Shown: in pieces, positions 1 to 9,310 of the stretch
How the letters are laid out: each line of letters opens with the position of its first letter
How positions within the stretch are numbered: position 1 is the first letter of the stretch
Origin: Promethearchaeota archaeon
GTDB lineage: Archaea; Asgardarchaeota; Lokiarchaeia; Sigyniarchaeales; SOKP01
Direction: 5' to 3'
NCBI GenBank assembly: GCA_048938025.1
Contig: JBHLMP010000010.1
Span: 1-64,000 of the forward strand
DNA: 64,000 nt
The notes under the pieces: generated by a model
What the model saw: only the letters and a program-made list of their open reading frames with translations
The model's database searches: none
What the model was told of the DNA's origin: nothing
Made by a program: the position numbers and the translations under genes

Positions 1-969
1 CAGGCTGGTTATAATGCTAATTGGGCTCAACTTTCAGCTCTTGCAGGTTATATTAAGGATTACCTATGGGATGTTGTTGTCAAATATCAATATTCCCCTC
101 TCACGATAGAACTATATGCGGAATTAGTATTTTATGCTCAATGGGCTAATGGAACCGTTGTTGAAGATGGAATTGATTTGAGTCTTTTCAAGTCTGGAGT
201 ACCACCGGGTACCACTGGATTGGAAGTGGGTATTCCGATACCAACTAATCTTACAGTGTCTACTTGTATGAATCTCTGGGATGATTCAAATCCCTTATCA
301 TTTGTTAATGATTTAGGAATAATGGCATGGCTTAATGCCTCATATCAAACTATGATAGAAATGTCTTTCGGTATTAGTACTCCTCAATATCTTCTGGTTC
401 TTGGTTGGTTAGGCAACTTTATTATAACCCTTACACCAGTATTAATTGAAGCTGAAACAGGATATACAATACCAATACTTACATTATTTGCTTTCTATGA
501 ACAATGGGCAAATGGTACTATCTTTGGTGAATCTATTTTACCAGAGGGATTTTTAAGCAAGAGGGATCCTCCTATTTATGGACCACCCTATTTTGAAGTA
601 GGGTTAACAGAAGGTGCAACAGGTTTAACACTTACACAAACTATGGCACTCTGGAATGAGGCAAGTGATTATTCACTTGTTACTGTTAGTGGAATAAATA
701 AATGGTATAGCGCAACACCCTTTAATAGTACTGCTTATGTAGCTTTAAAATTATATAATGGTGTACTATCCGATGGTCAAATGGAACAAATTCTTGATTG
801 GCTACCAAAGTTTAGAGATGTTATTGTTAATAAATTGGCGAAAGATGATAAGAATTTACCAATGGAACCATATGATCTTGGTAATGTTATACTTTTTGGT
901 TTAGGAATCGGTGGTGGAGCACTAGCAGCTTTAGGTGTAGTATTTTTAATATTATCTAGAAGATTTTAA
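1..969 (+). CDS. 5'-truncated membrane-anchored surface (glyco)protein with ~121-aa internal repeats
   Basis: Frame is open from base 1 (QAGYNANWAQ...), so the TTG at 178 is not the true start. FYxQWANGT...EVG...LW...GI..W occurs twice; C-terminal TM helix followed by SRRF; several N-x-S/T sequons. Confidence 0.8.
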   Translation, partial: QAGYNANWAQLSALAGYIKDYLWDVVVKYQYSPLTIELYAELVFYAQWANGTVVEDGIDLSLFKSGVPPGTTGLEVGIPIPTNLTVSTCMNLWDDSNPLSFVNDLGIMAWLNASYQTMIEMSFGISTPQYLLVLGWLGNFIITLTPVLIEAETGYTIPILTLFAFYEQWANGTIFGESILPEGFLSKRDPPIYGPPYFEVGLTEGATGLTLTQTMALWNEASDYSLVTVSGINKWYSATPFNSTAYVALKLYNGVLSDGQMEQILDWLPKFRDVIVNKLAKDDKNLPMEPYDLGNVILFGLGIGGGALAALGVVFLILSRRF

Positions 970-1134
970 AGCAGGTAAAATGTTTAATCCTAATTAAAAA
1001 CTTTTTTTATTCTATACTATTTGTTGAATCTAATTCTATCTTATTATTAAGAGAGATATATCTATTATGAATAGTTAAATAAGCTATAAGATATTTATTA
1101 AAAATTCCTTTTAGTTGTAGAACTTCCAATTAAA

Positions 1135-2193
1135 TTAGCTTCCAATTTCTTTTTTATAATATTCCAGCCAATAGTTAAACATATCTTCCAGAGTTTTCTC
1201 CAAAGATATTGTTATCTCCCAGCCTAATTCCTCTTTTATTTTTGAATTATCTCCAAGAATAACATCTTCATCAATTTTTCTTAATTTATCTGGGGCATTT
1301 TCAACTACTTCAATTTTCTTACTTGAAAGACTTAATACCTTATCTAAAATCTCACGAATCTGTGTTCTCCTATTTGAACAAACATTATATGTTTCTCCTG
1401 GTTTTCCTTTTGTAGCAGCTAACCATATTGCCTTTATTGAATCTTTTATATCTGTAAAGTCCCGATAGGAACTTAGATTTCCTACTTCAATTATAGGCTC
1501 TATTAATCCTAATTCAATTTTAGCTACCTTACTTACAAAATCAGCACAGGCATCACCTACCTTTCTAGGGCCTGTTTGATTAAAGAATCTTAAGTTAATT
1601 ATTTCTATTCCAAAATTTAAATAATATTGTCGAGCAAGGAGTTCGGTGGCTATTTTACTAATTCCGTAAGGATGAATTGCTAATAACGGATCAGTTTCTT
1701 TTAAAGGGCGATTTAATTTAGTTGTTGTACCATATTCAGCACTAGTACACGCAACTATAATTCTAGTCTTAATTTTAAATTTTTTAATCGGCTCAAATAT
1801 ATTTAAGGTTCCAATAACATTGATTTTTATGGTATTTACAGGATTTTCCCATGAGGGTATGACTAAAGGCTGTGCTGCAAAGTGAAAAATATATGTTGGT
1901 TTAACATTTTTAATTATTTTTTCTAATAAAATTGCGTTTTTTACATCACATTCTACAATTTTTAATTTTTCAGTATTAGTTGGAATTTGAATATATTCTC
2001 CAAAAATTTTCAGTTTTTCTTTCCTTGAGAAAAATATCTTTCCATTAGTATAATGAGCTAAATTTCTATAAGTTTGATCAGGTTTATCTAAGGCATAAAT
2101 TTCAAAATCTTTTTGTATACAAAAATCTATTAAATTAGATCCTAAAAAACCATTTGCTCCAGTTACGATTATTTTATCCATAGTAAATATCAA
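1135..2193 (-). CDS. GDP-mannose dehydratase-family extended SDR (NDP-sugar dehydratase/4-keto reductase)
   Basis: GANGFLG Rossmann motif, HFAAQ..V..SW, PYGISK (YxxxK), RFFNQTGP, GNL...RDF. Confidence 0.85.
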   Translation of the reverse strand: MIFTMDKIIVTGANGFLGSNLIDFCIQKDFEIYALDKPDQTYRNLAHYTNGKIFFSRKEKLKIFGEYIQIPTNTEKLKIVECDVKNAILLEKIIKNVKPTYIFHFAAQPLVIPSWENPVNTIKINVIGTLNIFEPIKKFKIKTRIIVACTSAEYGTTTKLNRPLKETDPLLAIHPYGISKIATELLARQYYLNFGIEIINLRFFNQTGPRKVGDACADFVSKVAKIELGLIEPIIEVGNLSSYRDFTDIKDSIKAIWLAATKGKPGETYNVCSNRRTQIREILDKVLSLSSKKIEVVENAPDKLRKIDEDVILGDNSKIKEELGWEITISLEKTLEDMFNYWLEYYKKEIGS

Positions 2194-2408
2194 TAATATT
2201 TTGCTGTTATTTTTATTTTAGCAAACTCTTTTCTTTTAAAATAGATCATGAACGTATATTCATATCTAAATTTAAATTAAAATTAAAGAATTGCTTTAAA
2301 TTTTAAAAAACAGCCAAAAAATTTAAAGGATTTTTTAATAAACAATTAATTAAAACATTATTAATTGTAGATTTTATCTAAGAATTCAAATTAAAATGCT
2401 ATAACATC

Positions 2409-3422
2409 ATGATTATTCGTTCTAAAGCACCATTTCGAGTGAGTTTCGGTGGTGGAGGTACTGATATGCCTCCGTATTGTACAGAACATGGAGGTTGCGT
2501 TATCAGTACTACTATCGACCACCATATATATGTCTCTATAGAGCCTAGAGATGATGATAAAGTTCAAGTTTTTTCATTTAATTCTAATAAAGAAATATTA
2601 TTTGAGATTGGTGATAAAGATTATACTGAAGATTTTGAGTTATTTAAAGGAGTTGTCAATGTTTTAAACATTAATGATGGGTTTAATATTACAACTTATT
2701 CAGACTTACCAGCAGGATCGGGTATGGGGAGCTCATCTTCACTATGTGTGGCACTTATAGGAGCATTTAATGAATTTTATAATTTAAAATTAAATAAACA
2801 CAAAATAGCATCAAAAGCTTGTAATATAGAACGTGTTGAATTAAAACAAAAAGGAGGATACCAAGATCAGTTTGCTGCTGCTTATGGTGGGTTCAATTTC
2901 ATTGAATTTTCTAATGGTATAAAAGTATCACCAATAAAAACAACAGAAGAAATGATAAATGAGTTACAATATAGATTAATCCTTTGCTATGTTGGAGGAT
3001 CACATTTCTCATCTAATATCCAAGATGAAGTTTTAAAAGGCTATAAATTTGAAAAAAAGTCTTTTATGGAAGCCATGCAAGATCTAAAAGATGTTGCTTA
3101 TTCAATGAGAAAGATTATTGAATCCAAAGATATAAGCCAATTAAATAAATTTGGTGAATTTTTACATAAAGGTTGGATAGCAAAGAAAAGCTTAAGTACA
3201 AAAATTTCAAATAAAAATATCGAAGATTTTTACTTGACTTCGAGAAAATATGGTGTTTTAGGGGGTAAATTGCTTGGCGCGGGAGGTGGAGGTCATTTAT
3301 TGCTATTTTCTAATCCTGAAAAAAAATATAATGTAATTAAAGAATTAGAAAAAATTGGGGGAAAAATAGTTAATTTTCATTTTAATCCAAAAGGATTAGA
3401 GGTTTGGAAATTAAAAGAGTAA
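2409..3422 (+). CDS. hddA: D-glycero-alpha-D-manno-heptose-7-phosphate kinase (GHMP family)
   Basis: APFRVSFGGGGTD, P.GSGMGSSSS GHMP loop, GGYQDQFAAAYGG, GKLLGAGGGG; adjacent to gmhA. Confidence 0.88.
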   Translation: MIIRSKAPFRVSFGGGGTDMPPYCTEHGGCVISTTIDHHIYVSIEPRDDDKVQVFSFNSNKEILFEIGDKDYTEDFELFKGVVNVLNINDGFNITTYSDLPAGSGMGSSSSLCVALIGAFNEFYNLKLNKHKIASKACNIERVELKQKGGYQDQFAAAYGGFNFIEFSNGIKVSPIKTTEEMINELQYRLILCYVGGSHFSSNIQDEVLKGYKFEKKSFMEAMQDLKDVAYSMRKIIESKDISQLNKFGEFLHKGWIAKKSLSTKISNKNIEDFYLTSRKYGVLGGKLLGAGGGGHLLLFSNPEKKYNVIKELEKIGGKIVNFHFNPKGLEVWKLKE

Positions 3423-3469
3423 TTAAAATTTATGTAATATAATAAAGGGATTAACAAAAACTGATTAAT

Positions 3470-4036
3470 ATGGAAAATGAGATTATTTCAATATTGAATG
3501 AAAGCATTAAAGTGAAGGAAGGAATTAAAGAATTAACACCTCTTATTAGAAAAATTTCTGAAGAAATTATAGAAGCATATAGAAATAAGAAAAAAGTTGT
3601 TCTTTTTGGTAACGGTGGAAGTGCAGCAGATGCTCAACATATAGCAGCAGAATTTGTGGGAAAATTTTATAAAGATCGTGCTTCACTTCCGTCTTTAGCT
3701 TTTCATACTAATACATCTGTGATTACTGCAACAGCAAACGATTATGGTTATGATTTAATTTTTGAGAGACAAGTATCTTCATTTGTGGAAGAGGGTGATA
3801 TTGCTATTGGATTAAGTACTTCAGGAAATTCTCCAAATGTAATAAAAGGTTTAGCAAAAGCAAAAGAAAAAGGTGCTGTTACTATTGGATTTACTGGACA
3901 AAAAGAAAATAAAATCGAACAAATTGTAGATTATTGTCTTAAAATTCCTTCCATGGACACTCCTCGAATCCAAGAAGGACATATTACTGTAGGACATATA
4001 ATTTGTTACTTAGTCGAAAAAGAACTATTTGGATAA
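3470..4036 (+). CDS. gmhA: Phosphoheptose (sedoheptulose-7-P) isomerase
   Basis: FGNGGSAADAQHIAAE, NDYGY, STSGNS, TPRIQEGH motifs. Confidence 0.95.
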   Translation: MENEIISILNESIKVKEGIKELTPLIRKISEEIIEAYRNKKKVVLFGNGGSAADAQHIAAEFVGKFYKDRASLPSLAFHTNTSVITATANDYGYDLIFERQVSSFVEEGDIAIGLSTSGNSPNVIKGLAKAKEKGAVTIGFTGQKENKIEQIVDYCLKIPSMDTPRIQEGHITVGHIICYLVEKELFG

Positions 4037-4047
4037 ATAAATTAGAT

Positions 4048-4683
4048 ATGAAAGAAGTTGCTGTTTCAATTCATGCAAAAGATAATTTTGATCCTTTAAT
4101 TTTAAATGGATTGAAGGGTATCGATTATATCCATGTAGATGTAATGGATGGTAAATTTGTTAAGAATACTAATACCAATTTAGATGCTTTTAAAGTATTA
4201 AGCGAAAATTACAAAACACCAATAATAGCACACTTGATGGTTATCGATACAATTGACTATATTAATAAAATCATCGATTATATTGATTATTTTCTTTTTC
4301 ATTTTGAAAATGATGAAGATAAATTAGCAATCATCAAAGAAGTAAAAGCAAAGAATAAAAAAGTAGGAATTGCAATAAACCCTAATACAAAAATATCAGA
4401 AATAGTACCATATCTAGATAAAATAGATATTGTGCTAGTAATGTCTGTATTTCCAGGATGGTCTGGTCAGAAATTTATAGAAAAGACCATTAAAAAGATA
4501 AATACTTTAGCGAAATATAAGAACAAATTTGATTTTAAAATTGATGTCGATGGTGGAATAAACCTTGAAAATGCAAAGAAGTTAAAAAATACAGATATTT
4601 TAAGTAGTGCTAGCACAATTTTAAAGTCAAAAGATCCAAATACAATAATCCATGCTTTAAAGAATTCAGATGAGTATGACTAA
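4048..4683 (+). CDS. rpe: Ribulose-phosphate 3-epimerase
   Basis: HVDVMDG, HLMV, MSV.PG.SGQKF, VDGGIN; ATG at 4048 preferred over the overlapping TTG at 4003. Confidence 0.9.
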   Translation: MKEVAVSIHAKDNFDPLILNGLKGIDYIHVDVMDGKFVKNTNTNLDAFKVLSENYKTPIIAHLMVIDTIDYINKIIDYIDYFLFHFENDEDKLAIIKEVKAKNKKVGIAINPNTKISEIVPYLDKIDIVLVMSVFPGWSGQKFIEKTIKKINTLAKYKNKFDFKIDVDGGINLENAKKLKNTDILSSASTILKSKDPNTIIHALKNSDEYD

Positions 4684-5218
4684 TAAGAAACGTGCGATTT
4701 TTTTAGATCGTGATGGTGTTATAAACAAGGAAGTAAATCATTTATCAAATCCAGCTCAATTTGAATTTATTCCAGGTTCTATAGAAGCCCTTAAAATTTT
4801 AAAACAAAAGGGATTTCTTTTAATAGTGATAACAAATCAAGCAGGAATAGCTCGTGGCCTTTTTTCGGAAGAGACTCTTAATCAAATCCATAATAAAATG
4901 AGAAGAATTCTAAATCAAAATGGTATTATTTTAGATAACATTTTTTATTGCCCACATCATCCAGATTATACAGGTGAATGTGATTGTAGAAAACCTAAAC
5001 CAGGTTTAATACTAAAAGCCCAAAGAGAATATAATATAGATTTGCAAACCTCATATATGGTCGGAGATACTCTTACTGATATTGAAACAGGTATAGCTGC
5101 AAATTGTAAGACTGTTTTAGTATTAACAGGGTATGGTTTGGAAGAACGTAATAAAATGATCTCCACTAAACCAGATTATGTTTTTGAAAATTTGTTAGAA
5201 TTTGCTAAAAATTTTTAA
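4670..5218 (+). CDS. gmhB: D,D-heptose 1,7-bisphosphate phosphatase (HAD IIIA)
   Basis: FLDRDGVIN, TNQAGIARG, CPHHP...CDCRKP zinc site, MVGD. Confidence 0.92.
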   Translation: MSMTNKKRAIFLDRDGVINKEVNHLSNPAQFEFIPGSIEALKILKQKGFLLIVITNQAGIARGLFSEETLNQIHNKMRRILNQNGIILDNIFYCPHHPDYTGECDCRKPKPGLILKAQREYNIDLQTSYMVGDTLTDIETGIAANCKTVLVLTGYGLEERNKMISTKPDYVFENLLEFAKNF

Positions 5219-5269
5219 TTAAATTCATTATTATAATCTATTAAAAAAAAGTAAATTCTTGTAATAATT

Positions 5270-5926
5270 ATGAAATTCTTTATAGATACAGCAAATTTAG
5301 AACAGATTAAAGAAATGCAAGATTTAGGCATAATTGATGGGGTAACAACAAACCCAACGTTACTTTCAAAAGAAGGTGCAGAACCTATAGAACAATTGAA
5401 AAAAATTTGTGAAATTGTTGATGGGCCAGTCAGTGCAGAAGTTATAGGTTTAAAAACAGAGGAAATGGTTAAAGAGGCACGTGAATTAGCTAAAATTGCT
5501 CCAAATATTGTAATTAAAATTCCTATGACAAAGGAGGGAATAAAAGCGGTTAAAATTTTGGAATCTGAAGGAATCAAAACTAATGTTACTCTAGTATTTT
5601 CTCAGAATCAAATTTTAATAGCTGCCAAGGCAGGAGCTTCCTATATTAGTCCTTTTATTGGAAGATTGATGGACAACGGACAGGATGAGATTGATATGTT
5701 ATGGGAATCAATGCAAATTATTAATGCTTATGAATTTACATCTGAAATAATAGTAGCGTCTGTAAGAAATGCAAGACATGTAATAGAAGCAGCGAAAATG
5801 GGAGCTCATATAGCAACAATTCCATTTGCTGTCTTAGAAAAGATGTTTATCCATCCAAATACTGAAAAAGGATTAAAAGCCTTCCTTGATGATTGGGAGA
5901 AATTAAAAAATCAATTAAAAAGTTAA
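5270..5926 (+). CDS. tal: Transaldolase (short FSA-like family)
   Basis: [22 protein letters not shown] (Schiff-base Lys), [15 protein letters not shown]. Confidence 0.92.
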   Translation: MKFFIDTANLEQIKEMQDLGIIDGVTTNPTLLSKEGAEPIEQLKKICEIVDGPVSAEVIGLKTEEMVKEARELAKIAPNIVIKIPMTKEGIKAVKILESEGIKTNVTLVFSQNQILIAAKAGASYISPFIGRLMDNGQDEIDMLWESMQIINAYEFTSEIIVASVRNARHVIEAAKMGAHIATIPFAVLEKMFIHPNTEKGLKAFLDDWEKLKNQLKS

Positions 5927-5935
5927 AAATGTAAT

Positions 5936-6934
5936 ATGACTCTTATTGATAACATAAAAGAATGGAAGCAAAAAAAGATCTTAATAATTGGAGAAGCTTT
6001 AGTAGATAAATATATTACGGGTTTTGCTGATCGAATTTCTCCTGATGCTCCAGTTCCAAATATAAAGATAGAAAATAGCTCAACTTATATAGGGGGAATT
6101 GGATTAGTCTTACAATATATAAAATCTTTAGGTGGCATTCCTGAAGTTTGTACCGTAATCGGCAATGATTTTGAAGGAGATTTCTTTTTAAAACAAATTA
6201 AAGAGTTAAACATAGATTCATCTGGTATCCTAATGGATGATAGTATAAATACCCCTCAAATCACTCGTGTAAAAGCAATGAACCAACATCTTTTACGTTT
6301 GGAGACAGATTATAATATACAGATCTCTGCGTCAATAATAGAAAAATTCTTTAAGATTGTTGAAACGAGATCTAAGGATATAAAGGCAATCTTGATTTTA
6401 GATTATGGCACGGGAGATTTATTTAGTGATCTTTTTATTCAAAATTTATTGGGGAAATTAAAAAAGAATTATAAGGAGATTCCCATTATTGTGCGTCCTA
6501 ATACCTCAAATTATTATCTTTATGAAAATGTGGATCTAATAAAGATAAACCTACAAAAAGCACTACAAAATTTTTCAATTGATTGTTGTAATGAAACAAG
6601 TGTTTCTATAGTTGGAAAGAGAATTTTAAATTTATCTAAATGTAAATCTGTTTTATTAAATTATTTAGAAACTGAATCTTACCTTTTTTCTCAAGATTAT
6701 GAAAAAGTAGAGAAAATATTTCCTATTTTAAAACAACCTGCTAGAAGCTTTGTAGCAGTCGGAAGTGTAATAATGGCTGCTTTAGGATTATCTTTTGCAT
6801 CAGGTATTTCTATAGGTGATGCTGCAAAAATAGCTCTTTATGCCGCTGCCCTTACAGCTTCTTTACCTCCCGTAGAATTTTATAATGCTGATAAACTAAA
6901 AAACTACATTTTACCTTTTTTAAAAGATAAATAA
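5936..6934 (+). CDS. RfaE/HldE domain-I-like (PfkB-fold) heptose kinase homolog with degenerate active site
   Basis: RISPDAPVP, QHLLRLE and DYG.G match the HldE kinase domain; the DVTGAGD motif reads SFVAVGS. Confidence 0.8.
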   Translation: MTLIDNIKEWKQKKILIIGEALVDKYITGFADRISPDAPVPNIKIENSSTYIGGIGLVLQYIKSLGGIPEVCTVIGNDFEGDFFLKQIKELNIDSSGILMDDSINTPQITRVKAMNQHLLRLETDYNIQISASIIEKFFKIVETRSKDIKAILILDYGTGDLFSDLFIQNLLGKLKKNYKEIPIIVRPNTSNYYLYENVDLIKINLQKALQNFSIDCCNETSVSIVGKRILNLSKCKSVLLNYLETESYLFSQDYEKVEKIFPILKQPARSFVAVGSVIMAALGLSFASGISIGDAAKIALYAAALTASLPPVEFYNADKLKNYILPFLKDK

Positions 6935-6955
6935 ATTTATTATTTGGGTATAAGA

Positions 6956-7801
6956 ATGGAGTTATCTAAAACAGATGAAAAAAAGCTTTTAATCGATATT
7001 CTAGCAATTAAGAAAGATATTTTAAAGATGATATATCAGGCTCAATCAGGTCATCCAGGTGGTTCACTTTCTTGTGCTAATATAATTTATCTTCTTTATA
7101 ATAACATTATGAGAGTTAATCGAGAAAATCCTCAATGGAACGAAAGAGATATTTTCATTTTAAGTAAAGGGCATGCGGCACCTGCTTTGTACGCTGTTTT
7201 ATCTAAAATTGGTTTTATAAAAAGAGATGAATTGTTTACTTTAAGAGATTTTGGCTCAAACTTGCAAGGGCATCCTGTAAAGAATCCAACATTTGGAATT
7301 GAGGTTTCAACAGGCTCACTAGGTATGGGATTATCTATTGGTGTTGGTTGTGCTTTAGCTGCGAAACTAGATAATAAACCCAAAAATATTTATGTATTAT
7401 TAGGAGACGGTGAATTAGATGAAGGAGCTATTTGGGAAGCGGCCTTAGCAGGGAGCCATTATAAGTTAGATAATTTAATTGCTATTGTCGATCGAAATGG
7501 AATACAAATAGATGGTTCTACCGAAGAAATAATGGGTTTAGAACCATTAGCTGATAAATGGAAAGCCTTTGGATGGGAAGTTATTGATATTAATGGTTCA
7601 AATCTAAATGAAATGATAAAAGGTTTTAATAGAGCTAAACAATTTATAGGTAAGCCTAAAGTAATTATCTCTTATTTAATAAAGGGTGCAGATATTTCTT
7701 TCATGCAACATACTCGAAGATACCATGGACGTGCACCAAATAAAACAGAATATGAAAAAGCTCTAAAAGAACTTGAAGAAATTGAAAGAAGTATAGTTTG
7801 A
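6956..7801 (+). CDS. Transketolase, N-terminal (TPP-binding) subunit
   Basis: SGHPGGSLS, LSKGHAAP, LQGHP, STGSLGMG, GDGELDEG. Confidence 0.93.
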   Translation: MELSKTDEKKLLIDILAIKKDILKMIYQAQSGHPGGSLSCANIIYLLYNNIMRVNRENPQWNERDIFILSKGHAAPALYAVLSKIGFIKRDELFTLRDFGSNLQGHPVKNPTFGIEVSTGSLGMGLSIGVGCALAAKLDNKPKNIYVLLGDGELDEGAIWEAALAGSHYKLDNLIAIVDRNGIQIDGSTEEIMGLEPLADKWKAFGWEVIDINGSNLNEMIKGFNRAKQFIGKPKVIISYLIKGADISFMQHTRRYHGRAPNKTEYEKALKELEEIERSIV

Positions 7802-7814
7802 GGTTTATCATCAG

Positions 7815-8747
7815 ATGCCAGAAACAGATCTTAGAGATACTTTTGGAAATTTTTTAGTTGATATGGGAAAGGTAAACAATAATATTGTAGTTCTAGATGC
7901 TGATCTCTCTTCCTCTACTAGGACTTTTAAATTTGCTAAAGAATTTCCAGATAGATTTTTTAATATGGGCGTCGCTGAACAGAACATGGTTGGTACAGCT
8001 TTAGGACTTGCAATTTCCGGTAAAATTCCAGTAGTTAGTGGTTTCACTATATTTACAACTGGGAGAGCATGGGAATTTATAAGATTTGCTTGTCATGATA
8101 ATTTAAATATTAAGATTATAACTACCCATGGAGGAATTGTAGGTAAAGATGGAAGTACTCATAATGCACTAGAAGATTTAAGCTTAATGTCAATTCTTCC
8201 AAATTTGACAGTATTGATACCTTCAGATAATTTTGAACTTATCAAAATATTAGAATATACATTTAATAAAGATGAGCCTATTTATATCAGATTACCAAGA
8301 GGTGCTTTTCCTACAATTCATGATGAGAATTATCAATTTTCAATAGGTAAACCTGATATCTTAAAAGAAGGTGATGATATTTGTTTAATTGGAACTGGTT
8401 ATGGTAGTATATTAGCTTTAGAATCTGCTTTAGAAATCCAAAAAGCACTAAAAATTTCTATAAAAGTAATTAATCTTCCAAGTATTAAGCCAATTAAAAA
8501 AAATAAATTGATTAATGAAATAAAAAGCACAAAGGGGGTTGTTGTTATAGAAGAACACAATATATATTGTGGTGTAGGTAGTATATTAGCAAGAATTATA
8601 TCTGAAAATAATCCTCTTCCTATGAAATTTATTGGTGTAGATAATTCATTTGGGGAATCAGGGAAAAGAGAACTTTTATTAGATACTTATTCTTTAAATG
8701 TGAAAAATATTAAAGAAAAAATAATAGAATTAATAAAAGTAAATTAA
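7815..8747 (+). CDS. Transketolase, C-terminal subunit
   Basis: LDADLSSST, GVAEQNMVG, DG.TH..LED, YIRLPR, EEH...GVGS. Confidence 0.92.
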   Translation: MPETDLRDTFGNFLVDMGKVNNNIVVLDADLSSSTRTFKFAKEFPDRFFNMGVAEQNMVGTALGLAISGKIPVVSGFTIFTTGRAWEFIRFACHDNLNIKIITTHGGIVGKDGSTHNALEDLSLMSILPNLTVLIPSDNFELIKILEYTFNKDEPIYIRLPRGAFPTIHDENYQFSIGKPDILKEGDDICLIGTGYGSILALESALEIQKALKISIKVINLPSIKPIKKNKLINEIKSTKGVVVIEEHNIYCGVGSILARIISENNPLPMKFIGVDNSFGESGKRELLLDTYSLNVKNIKEKIIELIKVN

Positions 8748-8761
8748 AAAGAGATTCGATC

Positions 8762-9307
8762 TTAATTTGGTAAATATCCCATTTTATCTAAAGCTTTTAA
8801 AATAAATTGCTTACTTTCCTCGACTGTTTGTTTATCTGTTTCAACCACTATATCAGCTGTATCAGGTTCTTCGAAAGGATGGTCAATACCAGTGAAATCT
8901 TCTATCTCTCCTGCTCTTGCTTTTGAATACATTCCTTTTATATCTCTTTTTTCACATTCCTCAAGAGAGCATTTTACATAGACGAGAATATACTCTCCAA
9001 TTTCCTTTCGAGAATATGCTCTAATTTTATTGTATGGTGATACGAATGACGCGAGTACAGCAACCCCATTACGGGTCAATAATTTAGCAACAAATGTAAC
9101 TCTCTCTATATTCATATTCCTATCTTCTTCTGTAAATCCTAAATCTCTTGTTAAACTCTTTCTAACTATATCACCATCAAGGCGTTCTACTTTCATTCCT
9201 TTTTTTCTTAATTCATCTGCTACAGTATTAGCAAGAACTGTTTTTCCGGAACATGGGAGTCCGGTAAACCATAATGTAAACCCTTTATGTTCCATTTCTT
9301 CTCTCAT
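8762..9307 (-). CDS. cysC: Adenylyl-sulfate (APS) kinase
   Basis: WFTGLPCSGKT P-loop, LDGDIVR, LGF...DR..NI.R, RD.KG.Y..AR, FTGID.PFE.P. Confidence 0.95.
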   Translation of the reverse strand: MREEMEHKGFTLWFTGLPCSGKTVLANTVADELRKKGMKVERLDGDIVRKSLTRDLGFTEEDRNMNIERVTFVAKLLTRNGVAVLASFVSPYNKIRAYSRKEIGEYILVYVKCSLEECEKRDIKGMYSKARAGEIEDFTGIDHPFEEPDTADIVVETDKQTVEESKQFILKALDKMGYLPN

Positions 9308-9310
9308 CCT

